A stretch of 64,000 nucleotides of DNA from the human T2T-CHM13v2.0 reference genome, Homo sapiens: NCBI RefSeq assembly GCF_009914755.1, contig NC_060926.1; one strand, written 5' to 3'. A model generated the notes under the pieces. The model was given only the letters and a program-made list of their open reading frames with translations. It did no database searches and had not been told where the DNA came from. The first letter of the stretch is position 1; every line of letters starts with the position of its first letter. Made by a program: the position numbers and the translations under genes. Below, one piece after another: positions 29,394-45,566 of this stretch.

Positions 29394-30275
29394 GTGAGAT
29401 CATTTAGAACTATATTTAACTTACTGAATATAAATGGAAAAGAAGATACATTCAGAAATTAAAATTACTTAACAAGAGTTTCAAGTGTTTTACATTAGAA
29501 ATATTTGTGATTCATTTTAAATGTAATATTATTGCTTTCATTGCCCTTATTTTTTTTCTCTTGAAGAAAAACTGTAGGTTTTCTAGAGATAGTATTACTC
29601 TATATTTGACAATCTGTCTTTGAAAGCCTTATTTATAAGGCACCCCTTGCTGTGGCACATCATGTGCCATAAATTACTATGTAGCGAATGATTAACATGT
29701 CTGTTTTTAGACTATTATGAGAGAAGAGCTGTTCTCAGCTCACCCTCATAAACTGAGAACACTCATGCAAAAAGCTTTAAAGAGAGTAATGTTTCAAGAA
29801 AGGGGGCTAAACAAGGAAAGCAGAGAAGAAAAATATATGTAGGGGAAAAATAATAATTAACTTGTATGTTATAGAAATATAATCAAAATCAATTTGCCTG
29901 CTTACCCTTGATAAACAGATTCATTCAACAATTATTAATTATTAACCTGAGACTAGGCGGTGCTAAGACAGCAATATGAGCAACACATTACCTAAGTTCT
30001 AGAAAAGCTCAGTTTCATGGACATATATCCTAAATAATATTTTGATTCCTGGGTGTTTCTTTCACATGTTTGATTATATTAAAGCACATCTAATAAGGAA
30101 TATAATACAAACTTTTAAAATATAAGAATTTTACTAGCCTGAAAACGTTTTTTAATCTACTTCTCCTAAAGAGAAATAAAATAAACTAATATTCTTTACT
30201 GTTTATTTTTGTTCCAAATAGTTGGCTATTTATAGGATTGAAAAAATTGGTAGGCATGAGATGATATAAAAATTA

Positions 30276-30636
<361 letters not shown>

Positions 30637-31172
30637 TTATTTTATATACCACAAAATAATTTTCAACTCTAATGTACACTAAAAGGACCGTATCTAGACT
30701 ACAACAGAGAAATAAAAGCTAAGCTTTAGATTTATATCAGAAGAAACACTCAAATGTTTGTGTTGGTAGTTTTAGTTCCCAGGTAACAGTACCCACTGGA
30801 CAATTTACAGTCTATGTCTGGTTAGAAGTTTCCATTCTTATCTTCCTTTTTTTTCCTTCCAAGGCTACTCTCTTATAAAGCAGTTTTAAAGATTTCCTAA
30901 GGTAGTGTGGTCTGCTCGTGATCTGTGAAGAAGCCCAAGAGTTAGAACCTTAGCATTATAAGATTGCCAATAAGGTCTTTGTTAATCTTCTATTGTCAGG
31001 TTTTTAAAATGGGGATTAAAAATATTAACCTTCTCCCTCAGTAGATTGAAAGCCATATAAATTCTTAACATTTTCCTTTATAAGGGGGAAGGGACTGAAC
31101 ATATAATATGGATGAGATACTGTGCTTTTCATATTTTATATCCCATTTTGTATAATTTTCACTTACCTGTGA

Positions 31173-31603
<431 letters not shown>

Positions 31604-32639
31604 TAGTCAAACTCCAAGTCCGATGTGCTTTTCATTCCACGAGTTGCTTCTCCCTTTTTAATTCAGCTAAAACTTTTGTACAGTTATATTTTAGTAATAA
31701 TTTTTAATTTACTAATTATAAAAATGTGCTTGTAATTTTGAAGCTTTTACAAACTCACTTGTAACAATGCTAGTCATTGTGATCTTTCTTATTATAAGCA
31801 TTCTTTAGTTGGAAAAATGGAATTGACTTGAGAAAATTTACTGAATCAAGTAATTGATTCATATTTGATGACTAATTTTAATCATTTACTTAGGATGTAG
31901 ATAAATATCAGATGTGATTTTAGCAAATATGGGAAGTTTTGTTAACTCAGTAGGCTTTAATTTCAGGAAATCCTAGTATAGTGTGAATAATTAAATATCA
32001 CAATTTGTATTATTTCAAAGAGAAAAAAATCCTTTTGATGCCTTTTAGAAATGCTTATTACTTCCTCAGGAGAGATAGAACTAAGGGAATGATTTACCCT
32101 CTAAGTTCTCTTCCAGTCTAGTATGCCATTCGTAATGGAAAGGAGGTTCTTTTCTGATCTTTATATATTTCCATTTACTATCAACCAAAATATAATGTTA
32201 TTAATGACGACAAATATACTAATTTCCTATTCAGAAATTACTGATAGCAAAACTGATTAATGTAGTTGGTGATTTTTAAATACTTGGATACTCTTTTTGG
32301 GTTATACTAATTACATTCTTTAAAAATGCAAAAAAATGTACAGAAATAATATTCTCTTGAGTAATATTTAAGGAATATTTCAGAAGGGCAAAATTTAGAA
32401 TACCTGGCCTGAATGAAATACTGGATAAATAGGAAATAAGTGTGCCCTTTTACTGTAACATTCTCTGGGGAAGTCAAATATTGTTAGACTACATATGCTG
32501 TAAGTTGGTCTAACTTGCTAACTTGCTACATGTGTTCTCTTGCAGACACTTTTAAAGCTATGATATTCCAAAGGGCTTAACTAGATTAGACTCTTCTTTA
32601 TTTTTTCCCAAATGATGGAAAAATATTTCTTTTGTTTAG

Positions 32640-32721
32640 ACATAGATGCCCTTGTAGGAGGAGAAGTTGGAGGCTTGGAGTTTGGCAAGTTACCATTTGG
32701 TGCCTGCGAAGATCCTATTAG
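32640..32721 (+). CDS. RAB3GAP1: RAB3GAP1 exon 9 (82 bp), DIDALVGGEVGGLEFGKLPFGACEDPI
   Basis: ttttgtttag acceptor, TAG|gtgaga donor. Confidence 0.95.
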
Positions 32722-32860
32722 GTGAGAATTTCAACCTGTCATTTGAATTGTGGGAATATTTTACTTTGAATTTATATTGATATTGATTTCACTGTGCTTT
32801 ATGATGCTATAGCTTGCTGGGATGAATGTAGTACTGGAAATAAAGAAAGACGTACACCTG

Positions 32861-33168
<308 letters not shown>

Positions 33169-33225
33169 TTATTTATTTTATAATTTTACATGAAAACTTT
33201 CTGAGATTTGATATTCATCTATAAC

Positions 33226-33411
33226 TCAGCAAACTGTGTCCTTTGCCAAATCTGGCCATTAGCCTATTTTTGTATGGCCAGTGAAGTCAGGATGGTGTTT
33301 ACATTTTTAAAGGTTATGAAAGAAAAAAAATAAAATAGAGACTGTGCATGGTTCACAAAACCTAAAATATTTACTCTCTGGCTCTTTATAGAAAATGTTT
33401 GCCAACTCCTG
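33226..33411. mobile_element. MER58A-like hAT relic
   Basis: cagcaaact...aaaatatttactctctggctctttatagaaaatgtttgccaactcctg. Confidence 0.65.
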
Positions 33412-33770
33412 ATTTATAACATTTTTCAAACTTGAGATATAATTTACCTGCCATAAAATTCACTATTTAAAAGTGTACAATTCAATGGTATTTTAATATT
33501 TACAGAGCTGTGCAACCATCATAATCATCTAATTCCAGAACATTTTCATAACCTTAAAAAGAAATTCTTCACCTCTTAGCCATCATTTCCCCTTAGTCTT
33601 CTCAGCCCTCCGGCTCTAGGCAAACACTGATATACTTTCTGTCTCTTTGGATTTACCTATTCTGGACATTTCTTATAAATGGAATCATATAACATGTGGC
33701 TTTCTTTGTGTCTGACTTATTTTAATTAGCATGTTTTCAAGGTTTGTCCATGTTGTAGCATGAATCAGTA

Positions 33771-34352
33771 CAGTAGTACCCCCTTATCCACAGCTGGTAT
33801 GTTGCAAGATCCCCAGTGGATGACTGAAAACATGGATAGTACCACACACTAAATATTTTTCCTGTGCATACAGATAAGTAGTAAAATTTAATTTATAAAT
33901 TTGGCACAGTAAGATTTCCAGGTGATGTAATACAAAATAAATAAATAAATGTAAATGAGGCATAGTAAGAGATTGACAATAATAACTAATAATAACATAG
34001 AACAGCTATAACAATATACCTTAATGAAAGTTATGTGAATGTGATCTGTCTCTCTCAATATATCTCATTGTACTATGCACACTCTTCTTGTGATCACTCT
34101 GATCACCAAGACAGTTACTAAGTGACTAACAGGGCAGGTAGCATAGACAGTGTAGGTACACTAGACAAAGGGATGATTCACCTAATGGGGTGGGATGGCA
34201 CAAGATTTCATCATGCTACTCAGAACAACATGCAACTTTAAATTTATGGATTTTTTTTCTGGAATTTTTCACTTAATATTTTCAGACTGCAGTTGATTTA
34301 GGGTAACTGAAGCTGCAGAAAGTGAAGCTGTGGATAAGGAGGAACTAATGTA
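33771..34352. mobile_element. MER44/Tigger7-type DNA transposon relic, opposite orientation to 4077-4555, nested in L1
   Basis: ta|cagtagtaccccttatccac ... gtggataaggaggaactaatg|ta. Confidence 0.75.
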
Positions 34353-34655
34353 CTTCTGTGCTTTTTATGGCTGTAAATATACCATTGTATGGATATGCCA
34401 CATTTTGTTTATCCATTCATTAGTTGGTGGGTTATTTATGCTTTTTGGCTATTATGTATAATGAGATGAATGTTTGCAAAACATTAACTTCATAAGGATG
34501 TGCTACCATTTGCTAAATAAGTTGTTTCCAGTATGTTGTATTATAAATAATGCCACTGTAACATACTTTTATTTCCTTGGTATAGTTTTCTAGAAGTATT
34601 AAATATAATTGCTGAGTCAGTATTAAAGCTTTTGGGTATATTTTATGTTTTTTAG

Positions 34656-34724
34656 TGAACTCCATTTAGCTACTACATGGCCTCATCTGACCGAAGGGAT
34701 CATTGTGGATAATGATGTTTATTC
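34656..34724 (+). CDS. RAB3GAP1: RAB3GAP1 exon 10 (69 bp), ELHLATTWPHLTEGIIVDNDVY
   Basis: gttttttag acceptor, TTC|gtaagt donor. Confidence 0.95.
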
Positions 34725-35057
34725 GTAAGTATGTTAAGAGTAGTAGTACACTGAGATTAAAAAACTTCAGTAGAATAACTCTCAAATTGCTAGTAATTTT
34801 TATATGCATTTTTTATTATTTTGTTTTGATTTTAGTGTTCCCTTTTGTGTTTTATTGTCTAAGGACTTTGATTTCTTATGATGTTATTTTTTAAAAACTT
34901 ATCCAAATGGCTCCATGTATCTGGATAAGAGTAAGTTTAAGGGAGGCTAAATGGATTGCTTGTCCTTCTATGTTTTCATTAGACTGCATTTTAATAAGTT
35001 CATGAATCTTGCAGATTGTCATAATTAGGATTTTATATTTATTGGTTTGCATTTTAG

Positions 35058-35131
35058 TGATTTGGATCCTATTCAAGCTCCACATTGGTCTGTTAGAGTT
35101 CGAAAAGCTGAGAATCCTCAGTGTTTGCTAG
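35058..35131 (+). CDS. RAB3GAP1: RAB3GAP1 exon 11 (74 bp), DLDPIQAPHWSVRVRKAENPQCLL
   Basis: cattttag acceptor, TAG|gtaagg donor. Confidence 0.95.
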
Positions 35132-35234
35132 GTAAGGTATATTATGCTCCTTTCCTGAAATACTGCTGATCTGCCTAACTTCCAAATCGGAGACACTGCA
35201 TACATTCTTTATACTTTGTCACCTCTTCAGTTAA

Positions 35235-35647
<413 letters not shown>

Positions 35648-35723
35648 TTAAGATGCTTTTTCTTTTTTTTTTTTTTTTCCGGATGCTTTTATGTTACTCC
35701 CTTTCCTTCCTCCTGTGGCATAG

Positions 35724-36116
<393 letters not shown>

Positions 36117-36709
36117 TGAAGAGCACTGTTTTTGACGGTGCGCTTTAGAGCCCTTCTATAGAGTTGTGTCACATCTGCAGCCTATTTTCTGATATGGGAA
36201 AAGAAATGTGAATAATCTTATACACCTCACAAGGTTATTTGAGGGATCAAGTGAAATAACACAAATGGAAGTACTTTGAAAAATATTAATTGCTATTCAG
36301 ATAATATTATTGTGTCTTATGTCTGGGATTCGTCCCCTTCCCTTTTTTTAGGTGTATCTCTTCCATGAAGTCTTTTGAACCCATCTCCTCAGTGTGCCTT
36401 GTCATCTTTTTCCTCCTTATATTTAGTACACATGAAAATATTTTCTCCTTTTCTTTATGTTCATCCATGCTACCTTAACTCTCTATCACTTGATATATTA
36501 CCATTTAACTGATGGAGTTACCAAAGATTTATTATGACAGTAATGATGCATTTCTCTAAAGCATTGTTTTCTTGGGCTCTTTATCATTCATATGCTATTT
36601 GTCAAATGCTGATTAGTAGCTGCCATTTGTGCTAACTATATAATAGTGAATACAAAGATGTATAAGGTATAAGTCCACCATTGGTGAATTTGTCTAGGGT
36701 GTTAGGGCA

Positions 36710-36960
36710 ACAGTATAGGGTCAATGTCAAGAGTATTACAGTTGGACAGACCTCAGTTCAAATCCTGGATTCACCAGGTTGGTCAAGTTTCTTAATCTTT
36801 TTAAGCCCCAGAGTCCTCATAAATAAAATAGAGATAACACTAGTACTTACTTCATAGGGTTATTGGGAGGATCAAATGAGATTATGTACCTGTATGTATG
36901 TGTATATATCACTTTTAACAGTGCCTTTGTTATAGTAAATGAACAGTAAATGGTTTCTGT
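36710..36960. mobile_element. MIR
   Basis: cagacctcagttcaaatcctgg...cttcatagggttattgggaggatcaaatgaga. Confidence 0.65.
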
Positions 36961-37343
36961 TGTTTAATCGTTGAATTACTACATATTATGTTTACGTACT
37001 AAGTTGCTTCTTAGTAACATTATTATTCCTCATCTTGTTACTGTATGGTAATTGCTGAGGACCTTAGAATTGAAAGTATTCTCATTTTAGTTTAACGTTC
37101 CATGATCTTACCCTACCTCTTTTAATATTTTGTATGACTAGATTATAGACTTTTCCTACCTTTCTGAAGAAGCCTCAAAAAAGTTATGGGTTAATTCAGA
37201 ATTAGTTGGTGAATTATAAAATTTAGATGTACTTGATGTATCTTAGTACTGATAGTATTTGTTAAGCATTCATTTATTTGTGTAAACATTGTAGCTGTTC
37301 AGAAGATTCAAATCGCTTTACCTCTGTTTATAATATGACAGAC

Positions 37344-38012
<669 letters not shown>

Positions 38013-38469
38013 TTATCCTACATGATTTCCTAATCTTCTAGAAACATGTCTTTAGCGTTTCTTCTTAATTTTATTAATGGATTTAGATTCTAGTAGTGTA
38101 GCAGTTGGGGAAAGATTACTACATACTTAGAGTAAGTTCTTGTTACTTACATAACTTAATGACAAATGGATACTGTGTCTCATTGAGGCATATAGTAAGT
38201 ACTATTAGGTACAGTTATTTTTTTCTTTCCTTCTAGATGGAATTCTAAGGAAAAGCTTTTTAAATATCCTGGGACATGGAGAGAAAGAAAAGAACAAGGC
38301 TACCTTTGATATAGGATTAATTTTTGTTTTTTTCAATGGAAAAACTGAATGGTTTTACTTTCTACCATATCTTAGTTAATAGCTTTTGTGGAAAGATGTA
38401 CTTTAATTTATAGGACTGATTTTTTTTTTTTTCAGTTAAGTGTCAAAAATAACTTTTTTTCCTACATAG

Positions 38470-38562
38470 GTGATTTTGTCACTGAATTTTTTAAAATTTG
38501 CCGTCGAAAGGAGTCAACTGATGAGATTCTTGGACGATCTGCATTTGAGGAAGAAGGCAAAG
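38470..38562 (+). CDS. RAB3GAP1: RAB3GAP1 exon 12 (93 bp), GDFVTEFFKICRRKESTDEILGRSAFEEEGK
   Basis: cctacatag acceptor, AAG|gtaacc donor; lies within ORF 38388..38657. Confidence 0.95.
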
Positions 38563-39026
38563 GTAACCTACATTTTTTTTTAACATTACTTTCAAATGTC
38601 TTACTGTTTTTCCTTGGCACATTTTTCAGCAACTTTTCATCTGTTTTCTCATTTTGAATTAAGTTGGATAATCAAGTTTTGATGGACTAGACAGCTACAG
38701 TTCCTTTCCAGGCTGTACCCAGTGCTTGTTAAGACATTAAAGGCATTTAATAAGTTCTTTCCACCAAAAATGTAAAATATTTTGAAAAGCAGAGTTTTAG
38801 AGGTTAAATTTTGAAGTCTCCTAGGGAGAAATAATTTGTGTGACACCATTGTCACTCATGCTTGCACATAAAGCTGAACATGTATATTAATATTTTATAA
38901 TTCCAAGACCATGTAACACTAGTAAAAAGAATGAGTAAAATATTCTATATAATCATCAATTTGTTCATCACTTTCACCTGCTGAGGTTGGTGATATAATT
39001 TATATTTATTTCTGTTCTTTTTATAG

Positions 39027-39196
39027 AAACTGCTGATATAACTCATGCTTTGTCAAAATTGACAGAGCCGGCATCAGTTCCAATTCATAAATTATCAGTT
39101 TCAAATATGGTACACACTGCAAAGAAGAAAATCCGAAAACACAGAGGTGTAGAGGAGTCACCGCTAAATAATGATGTTCTTAATACTATTCTCCTG
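39027..39196 (+). CDS. RAB3GAP1: RAB3GAP1 exon 13 (170 bp), ETADITHALSKLTEP...NDVLNTILL
   Basis: tttttatag acceptor, CTG|gtaact donor. Confidence 0.95.
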
Positions 39197-39239
39197 GTAA
39201 CTAAATGTTCTGTCTTTATAGGTCTATATGCAGAATCAT

Positions 39240-40005
<766 letters not shown>

Positions 40006-41369
40006 CGGAAGTATATTTTTGAAGGATTGCTTTGACAACAGTTGAGAGAAAGCTTTTAGTGAGAATGAGAGGGAGATGAATAGAGAGCTAAGGTGGCTCC
40101 TAGGTATAACAGAGTGGAATGGCCCCAGCCTGGGGGCCATCCACACCATGGTTTAATGTCTGCATGACTTACTGCATGACTTTGAATAAGTCACTTCAGT
40201 TTCCTCATCTAGAAAATATGGCTAACAAAACCTTGCGAGATTGTTGTGAGGATTAAAGGATCTTCTGTGACACTGCCTGGCATATATGGGTCTTTGATAA
40301 ATGATAGCTATTCTTAACTGTAATTGTGGTTAAAATCATACTCCCGGAAATTTGTGCATTAAGACAATCTTGGGAAAAACCTTCAAGAAAAGTGTTGAAA
40401 AGAAAACTGGAAACTTAATGTTAATCTTATCCCCTGCCATTTATCTGAACAAAACTCTTAGCCAACTTTTTAGCTTGTACATCGTAAGATGTAGGTAGTG
40501 ATACTTAGCTCAAACAGTTGTATGAGAATAGGATAATGCTGGTAATTGTGCCTTATGGCACTTGGCACATAGTAGTTCATCTAATTTTTAAAAGTCTATT
40601 GGACATGTTCTATAATGTGTGGCAAAGTATACATAGTAAGAGGGATTACTAATCAGCAGTACCACAAAACAATTGAGAGGAACAGTGATAAAAGGACTGT
40701 AAATAAATGTCTATAGAGAGCCTCCTTCTTAAGACTGTATTCTTAAAAGAATGTTATTCAAATCATGTAGCTCAGTTGTCATGTATACTGGATTTTTTTT
40801 TGACCACTCGTACATGTACATATAAACAGAAACCACATGGAAAAGGTACATTGGTTATTATAGGTTTAGACTGCTTCCTACTTTCCAGGGGTATCATAAA
40901 ATAAAGCTGTGGGTCTTGAATATCATCTCTTAGTAGTCTATATATGAAAGCCTGTGGATGATGTAACTCTTCAGATCCTCATGAGTACATGAGTGTTTTT
41001 AAATTGTCTTTTGTGGTTTTGTTTTTTAGATAGTAGTAACACTAAAAAAATGTAATGGCCTTGGGTGAGCATGAAGTCACAGTGATGAGATTTTGCTTTT
41101 GCACCTTTCAGCTTACAGAATCAAGTGATTACTTTTAAGAAAAAAATTCTAATTTCTAAAATTGGCTAGTCACTGAAACCTTGTATATTTTCAAAGAAAA
41201 ATAGAAAAAATTTGAGAGTGTAGAACAAACTGGCCAATACAACTGGAACATTTCTATTGTTAGAGCAGCAAAACCATTAAAAAGTTAAATAATGTCTATA
41301 TGAGTTATAAAAATCAACAAAATAGGAAATGTGGTCTAAAATGTGATTATTTTTTTCCTTTCCTTCAAG

Positions 41370-41459
41370 TTCTTATTCCCTGATGCTGTTTCTGAGAAAC
41401 CATTAGATGGAACTACTTCAACAGATAATAATAATCCTCCATCAGAGAGTGAAGACTAT
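41370..41459 (+). CDS. RAB3GAP1: RAB3GAP1 exon 14 (90 bp), FLFPDAVSEKPLDGTTSTDNNNPPSESEDY
   Basis: ttccttcaag acceptor, TAT|gtaagt donor. Confidence 0.95.
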
Positions 41460-42335
41460 GTAAGTTGATGTGGAGTTCAATGTTAAAATGTTTTAAATGC
41501 ACTGAATTTCTAGAGGTTCTATATATTTCTAGTTTAATAGCTTACTATATTTTTATTTTAAAAATCACCTTGGGAATTTTGGATGGCAGATCGTGGTTTC
41601 CACTTAGATAACTAGCACAGATACATATTTTGGGTAGCAAGAATTTTTCTGGAAACAATGAAAAAATAGCACAAATATACTCTACACAGCTGTAGGATTT
41701 CCCTCATTGTAGAGTTTTGGTGAAATCATTAAATTTGTGTTTCTCAGCAGATTCTTTTTGATATTTTAAAACTAGTTAGTGAATGGACAACTCTTTAATG
41801 AAGTAAAATGTGTAAAATTAGGTAAAATTTTCATGGTCTCTTTGTCTAGTCTTTGAAAAATTAAGAAGTTGAAGAATTTAAATGACAAGTGTAGATATAT
41901 ATCAACCTTTACAGTAGTTATTGTTGAGAAGTAGATTTGATGAGGTGAGAGAAAAAAGCAAAGGCTTTTTACATTTTCAGTTTAGATAGTTATGATTTTT
42001 GTTTTTTCAGACGTGCTCATTTTTGTAATTAAAAGATTTTTAAAACAACACATGAAATTTGGAATACTTCCTAAATATTCCACAGAAGAAATTGAAAGCT
42101 GTAACTTTAGCTTCATTAAACTATAGCTTTATCTTTTTTAATCTTAGTAGAAATCTTGAAAATGTGGGACTTCCTAAGAATAGTTTATGCAGTAGTGTAT
42201 TAGACATTTGATAATGCCTAGTTTAGGTGGGATAGGTTAATTTTACAATTAAAATCTCTCCCTACGACCTTTTCAGTTATATGTGTAAAATATTTTGGTA
42301 ACAAGTTTGCTTTGTTTCTATTTTGTTAAATTTAG

Positions 42336-42508
42336 AATCTCTACAATCAGTTCAAGTCTGCACCATCTGACAGTTTAACATACAAACTGGCTTTGTGTCT
42401 CTGTATGATCAATTTTTACCATGGAGGGTTGAAAGGAGTGGCACACCTCTGGCAGGAATTTGTTCTTGAAATGCGTTTCCGATGGGAAAACAACTTTCTG
42501 ATTCCAGG
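42336..42508 (+). CDS. RAB3GAP1: RAB3GAP1 exon 15 (173 bp), NLYNQFKSAPSDSL...RWENNFLIPG
   Basis: aaatttag acceptor, AGG|gtaata donor. Confidence 0.95.
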
Positions 42509-43739
42509 GTAATAATTTCAATTTTCAATTGTTTGGATACGATTTTGTTTGTTAGCAGACATTTGACTTTTGACCTATTTTTTCCCCCTTCTAGGAAGTC
42601 TGCCCTAAGAAAGTGGCAAGAAGCTTAGACATGATTTATGTTCAGAGGTGTTCACTGCAGCAAATTTATTAATATAATAGAAAAAAAGGCAAAACCTAAA
42701 TATCAAACATAAAAGAATAGTTAAATAAATTATACTGTATCTCTACAATAGAAAATTAGATTGATTACAGTTTTTCCCCCAATAATCTTTAATAACAGAT
42801 GTTCATATTGTTTCTAATAAAGTAGAATATTTTAATGCATATACAAAGTACTTTTAATTATGTTGCTATATTTGTACAGGAAAAATATTATAAATACTGT
42901 GAAATGCTATCAGTTTTTCCCAGTGTGAAATTATACTTTTATTTTGTTCTTTATACTTTTATGCATTTTCAAAGTCTTTTGTAATAAACCTGTTTTTTGT
43001 AATTGACATTTTACTTAATCAAACAGAACATTTTCATTAGCACATAGGTTGATATTGCATAGTTTAGTGCTCATCTACCCATGCTATGATAGGAGAATCA
43101 TGATTTTGAGCAATATAAAATGATTACTGATCCAAAAACATTTATATCATTTGCCAATCTCTGCTTAGCTGGATTCTCTCTTGGTTTTAGACAGTCCGCT
43201 CTGGAACATTTTACAGACCCAGAAGCATGTTGAATATGAGGGAGTGCCTCTGGCTGATTGCTGGGAACCTAGTAGTCTAGAGGAACCTAGAACTAGAGAC
43301 AGTCCAAGGTCCTATTGAAATACAGGTGGAGATCTTGGTTTTTATAGTGAGAATCCACTGTAAGAATTTAGTACTGAATACACAAACTGATTTATTTTGT
43401 ATGGTGTGAAATACTGTATGCTAGTACTTCCTGGAGTGGGTTCAGGGGCTTTTTCTCATTTTGAGTTTTTGTTAGCCTGAAAACTATCACTAATTTGCTG
43501 TTATGTTTTGAAATATCTATTATATTTGCTATTGGTGATTTGTGGACAAGGAGTATAAAATAAATTTTCATCTTTTAATTCTATGTGCTCCCCCTCTGGA
43601 ATTCACTTACCTTACCTGTGGAAATCTAGTTTTGATTTCTTATCAATATAGCTAAAAATTATGGTAGTATAGAAAATAATCATATCTGAAGCAATTTTAC
43701 TAAAACTAAGCTTTCTTTTCTCCTTACTTTATTTGATAG

Positions 43740-43794
43740 ATTAGCAAGTGGACCCCCAGATCTGAGGTGTTGTTTACTGCATCAGAAACTACAG
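43740..43794 (+). CDS. RAB3GAP1: RAB3GAP1 exon 16 (55 bp), LASGPPDLRCCLLHQKLQ
   Basis: tttgatag acceptor, CAG|gtaaag donor. Confidence 0.95.
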
Positions 43795-44038
43795 GTAAAG
43801 ATTTCTCAATGACATGGATAAATGTGGTCTTGATTTAATCAGATTATTCTAATACTAAATGTAATAATGGGTTACATGCTGTTCTCATGGTGCTGCTGTA
43901 GGTTGCCTATAGTCAGTAGTCACTGCAATTCACAAGGTCCTGAGAAGTGGAGAGTGAAAATTAAATATTCAAGCAGTAGGTAGATTTTTATTTTTCTGTA
44001 ACTAATTCAACTATAAATGTTATTTCTCTTTTCTTAAG

Positions 44039-44407
44039 ATGTTAAATTGTTGTATTGAAAGAAAGAAGGCACGTGATGAGGGGAAAAAGACAAGTGCTTC
44101 AGATGTCACTAATATATATCCAGGGGATGCTGGAAAAGCAGGAGACCAGTTGGTGCCAGATAATCTAAAAGAAACAGATAAGGAAAAGGGAGAGGTAGGA
44201 AAATCTTGGGATTCCTGGAGTGACAGCGAAGAAGAATTTTTTGAATGCCTAAGTGATACTGAAGAACTTAAAGGAAATGGACAAGAGAGTGGCAAGAAAG
44301 GAGGACCTAAGGAGATGGCAAATTTAAGGCCGGAAGGACGGCTCTATCAGCATGGGAAACTTACACTGCTGCATAATGGAGAACCTCTCTACATTCCAGT
44401 AACCCAG
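44039..44407 (+). CDS. RAB3GAP1: RAB3GAP1 exon 17 (369 bp), MLNCCIERKKARDEG...NGEPLYIPVTQ, includes the FFAT motif EFFECLS
   Basis: ttttcttaag acceptor, CAG|gtagga donor; first 123 codons of ORF 44039..44605. Confidence 0.97.
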
Positions 44408-44499
44408 GTAGGATGCACTAGTTCTTTCCATTTTAATTTATTTTGTGGTTTATATAACTTCATCCTAGTAGAAGATAGTGCTTTGAGTAAGGAAAATTA

Positions 44500-44815
<316 letters not shown>

Positions 44816-44852
44816 GTGTTTATGTTTAAAGATAAAGATATAGACTGTTTAA

Positions 44853-44910
44853 AGAAACTAAAGGTAAGGATTTCCCAATGACATAGATAAATGTGGTCTT
44901 GATTTAATCA
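44853..44910 (+). repeat. 58-bp dispersed copy of the exon 16/intron 16 junction (43784-43841)
   Basis: 54/58 identical, ungapped. Confidence 0.93.
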
Positions 44911-45102
44911 AGGACCTTTAAAAGATTGGACAAAGTCTATGTTTAAAGATTAAAGAAATCTAAATAAACTTTTGGGGCTTTTAGGTTTGCCATTTCTGTA
45001 ATTGAGAAATGTTTTGAAGTTTAAGTAGATCACGTCATCATATATAAGGTGATTTATAAACTGAGCAGTGAATGCTCAGATGTTTAAAAAAGAAAATCCA
45101 AC

Positions 45103-45231
45103 TGCACTTATGTATGTTTTTGTTTAACTTGTGGACAAAGACTTATGGATAGGTGCAAAAAATAAATCCTCTTTTGCAACCCAGAACTCATTGTTCAGTA
45201 TGAGTTTTGATACATATAAGAAGGGATATTA
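45103..45231 (+). ncRNA. SNORA40B: H/ACA box snoRNA, retroposed copy of SNORA40 (ACA40), probably SNORA40B
   Basis: TGCACTTATGTATGTTTTTGTTTAAC...AAGGGATATTA matches recalled SNORA40. 5' hairpin closed by TGCAC/GTGCA, H-box-like A-run at about 45157, second hairpin, ATA (ACA-box variant) 3 nt from the end. Confidence 0.85.
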
Positions 45232-45287
45232 TGATACCTGAGACAGTTAACTGATGGGAATATTGATAGCCATAAAGGTTGGTCCCA

Positions 45288-45566
45288 GACCAGGCACAAT
45301 GGCTCAAGCCTGCAAGCCCCACACCAAGGTGGGAGTATTGCTTGAAGCCAGGAGTTCAAGACCAGCCTGTATAAGAAAGTAACAAACACCTCATCTCCAC
45401 AAAAATTTAAAAATTAGCTGAGTATTGGGGCATGTGTCTGTAGTTGCAGCTACTCAGGAAGAGGAGGCTGAGGCAAGAGTATTGAGCCCAGGAGTTGGAG
45501 GCTGCACTGAGCTTTGATGACACCACTGTACTCCAGCCTGGGTAACAAAGACAGACCCTGTCTCTT
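45288..45566 (+). mobile_element. Diverged AluJ inside the SNORA40 retroposon
   Basis: Degenerate dimer. Confidence 0.8.

Noticed and set aside
43191-43325. Possible 135-nt cryptic exon in intron 15 (ttttag acceptor, CAG|gtggag)
   Set aside because: Weak donor and no independent support from the sequence
45061-45079. ctgagCAGTGAatgctcag hairpin resembling an iron-responsive element
   Set aside because: The pairing register does not give a 6-nt CAGUGN loop on a 5-bp stem with a bulged C, and the site is intronic
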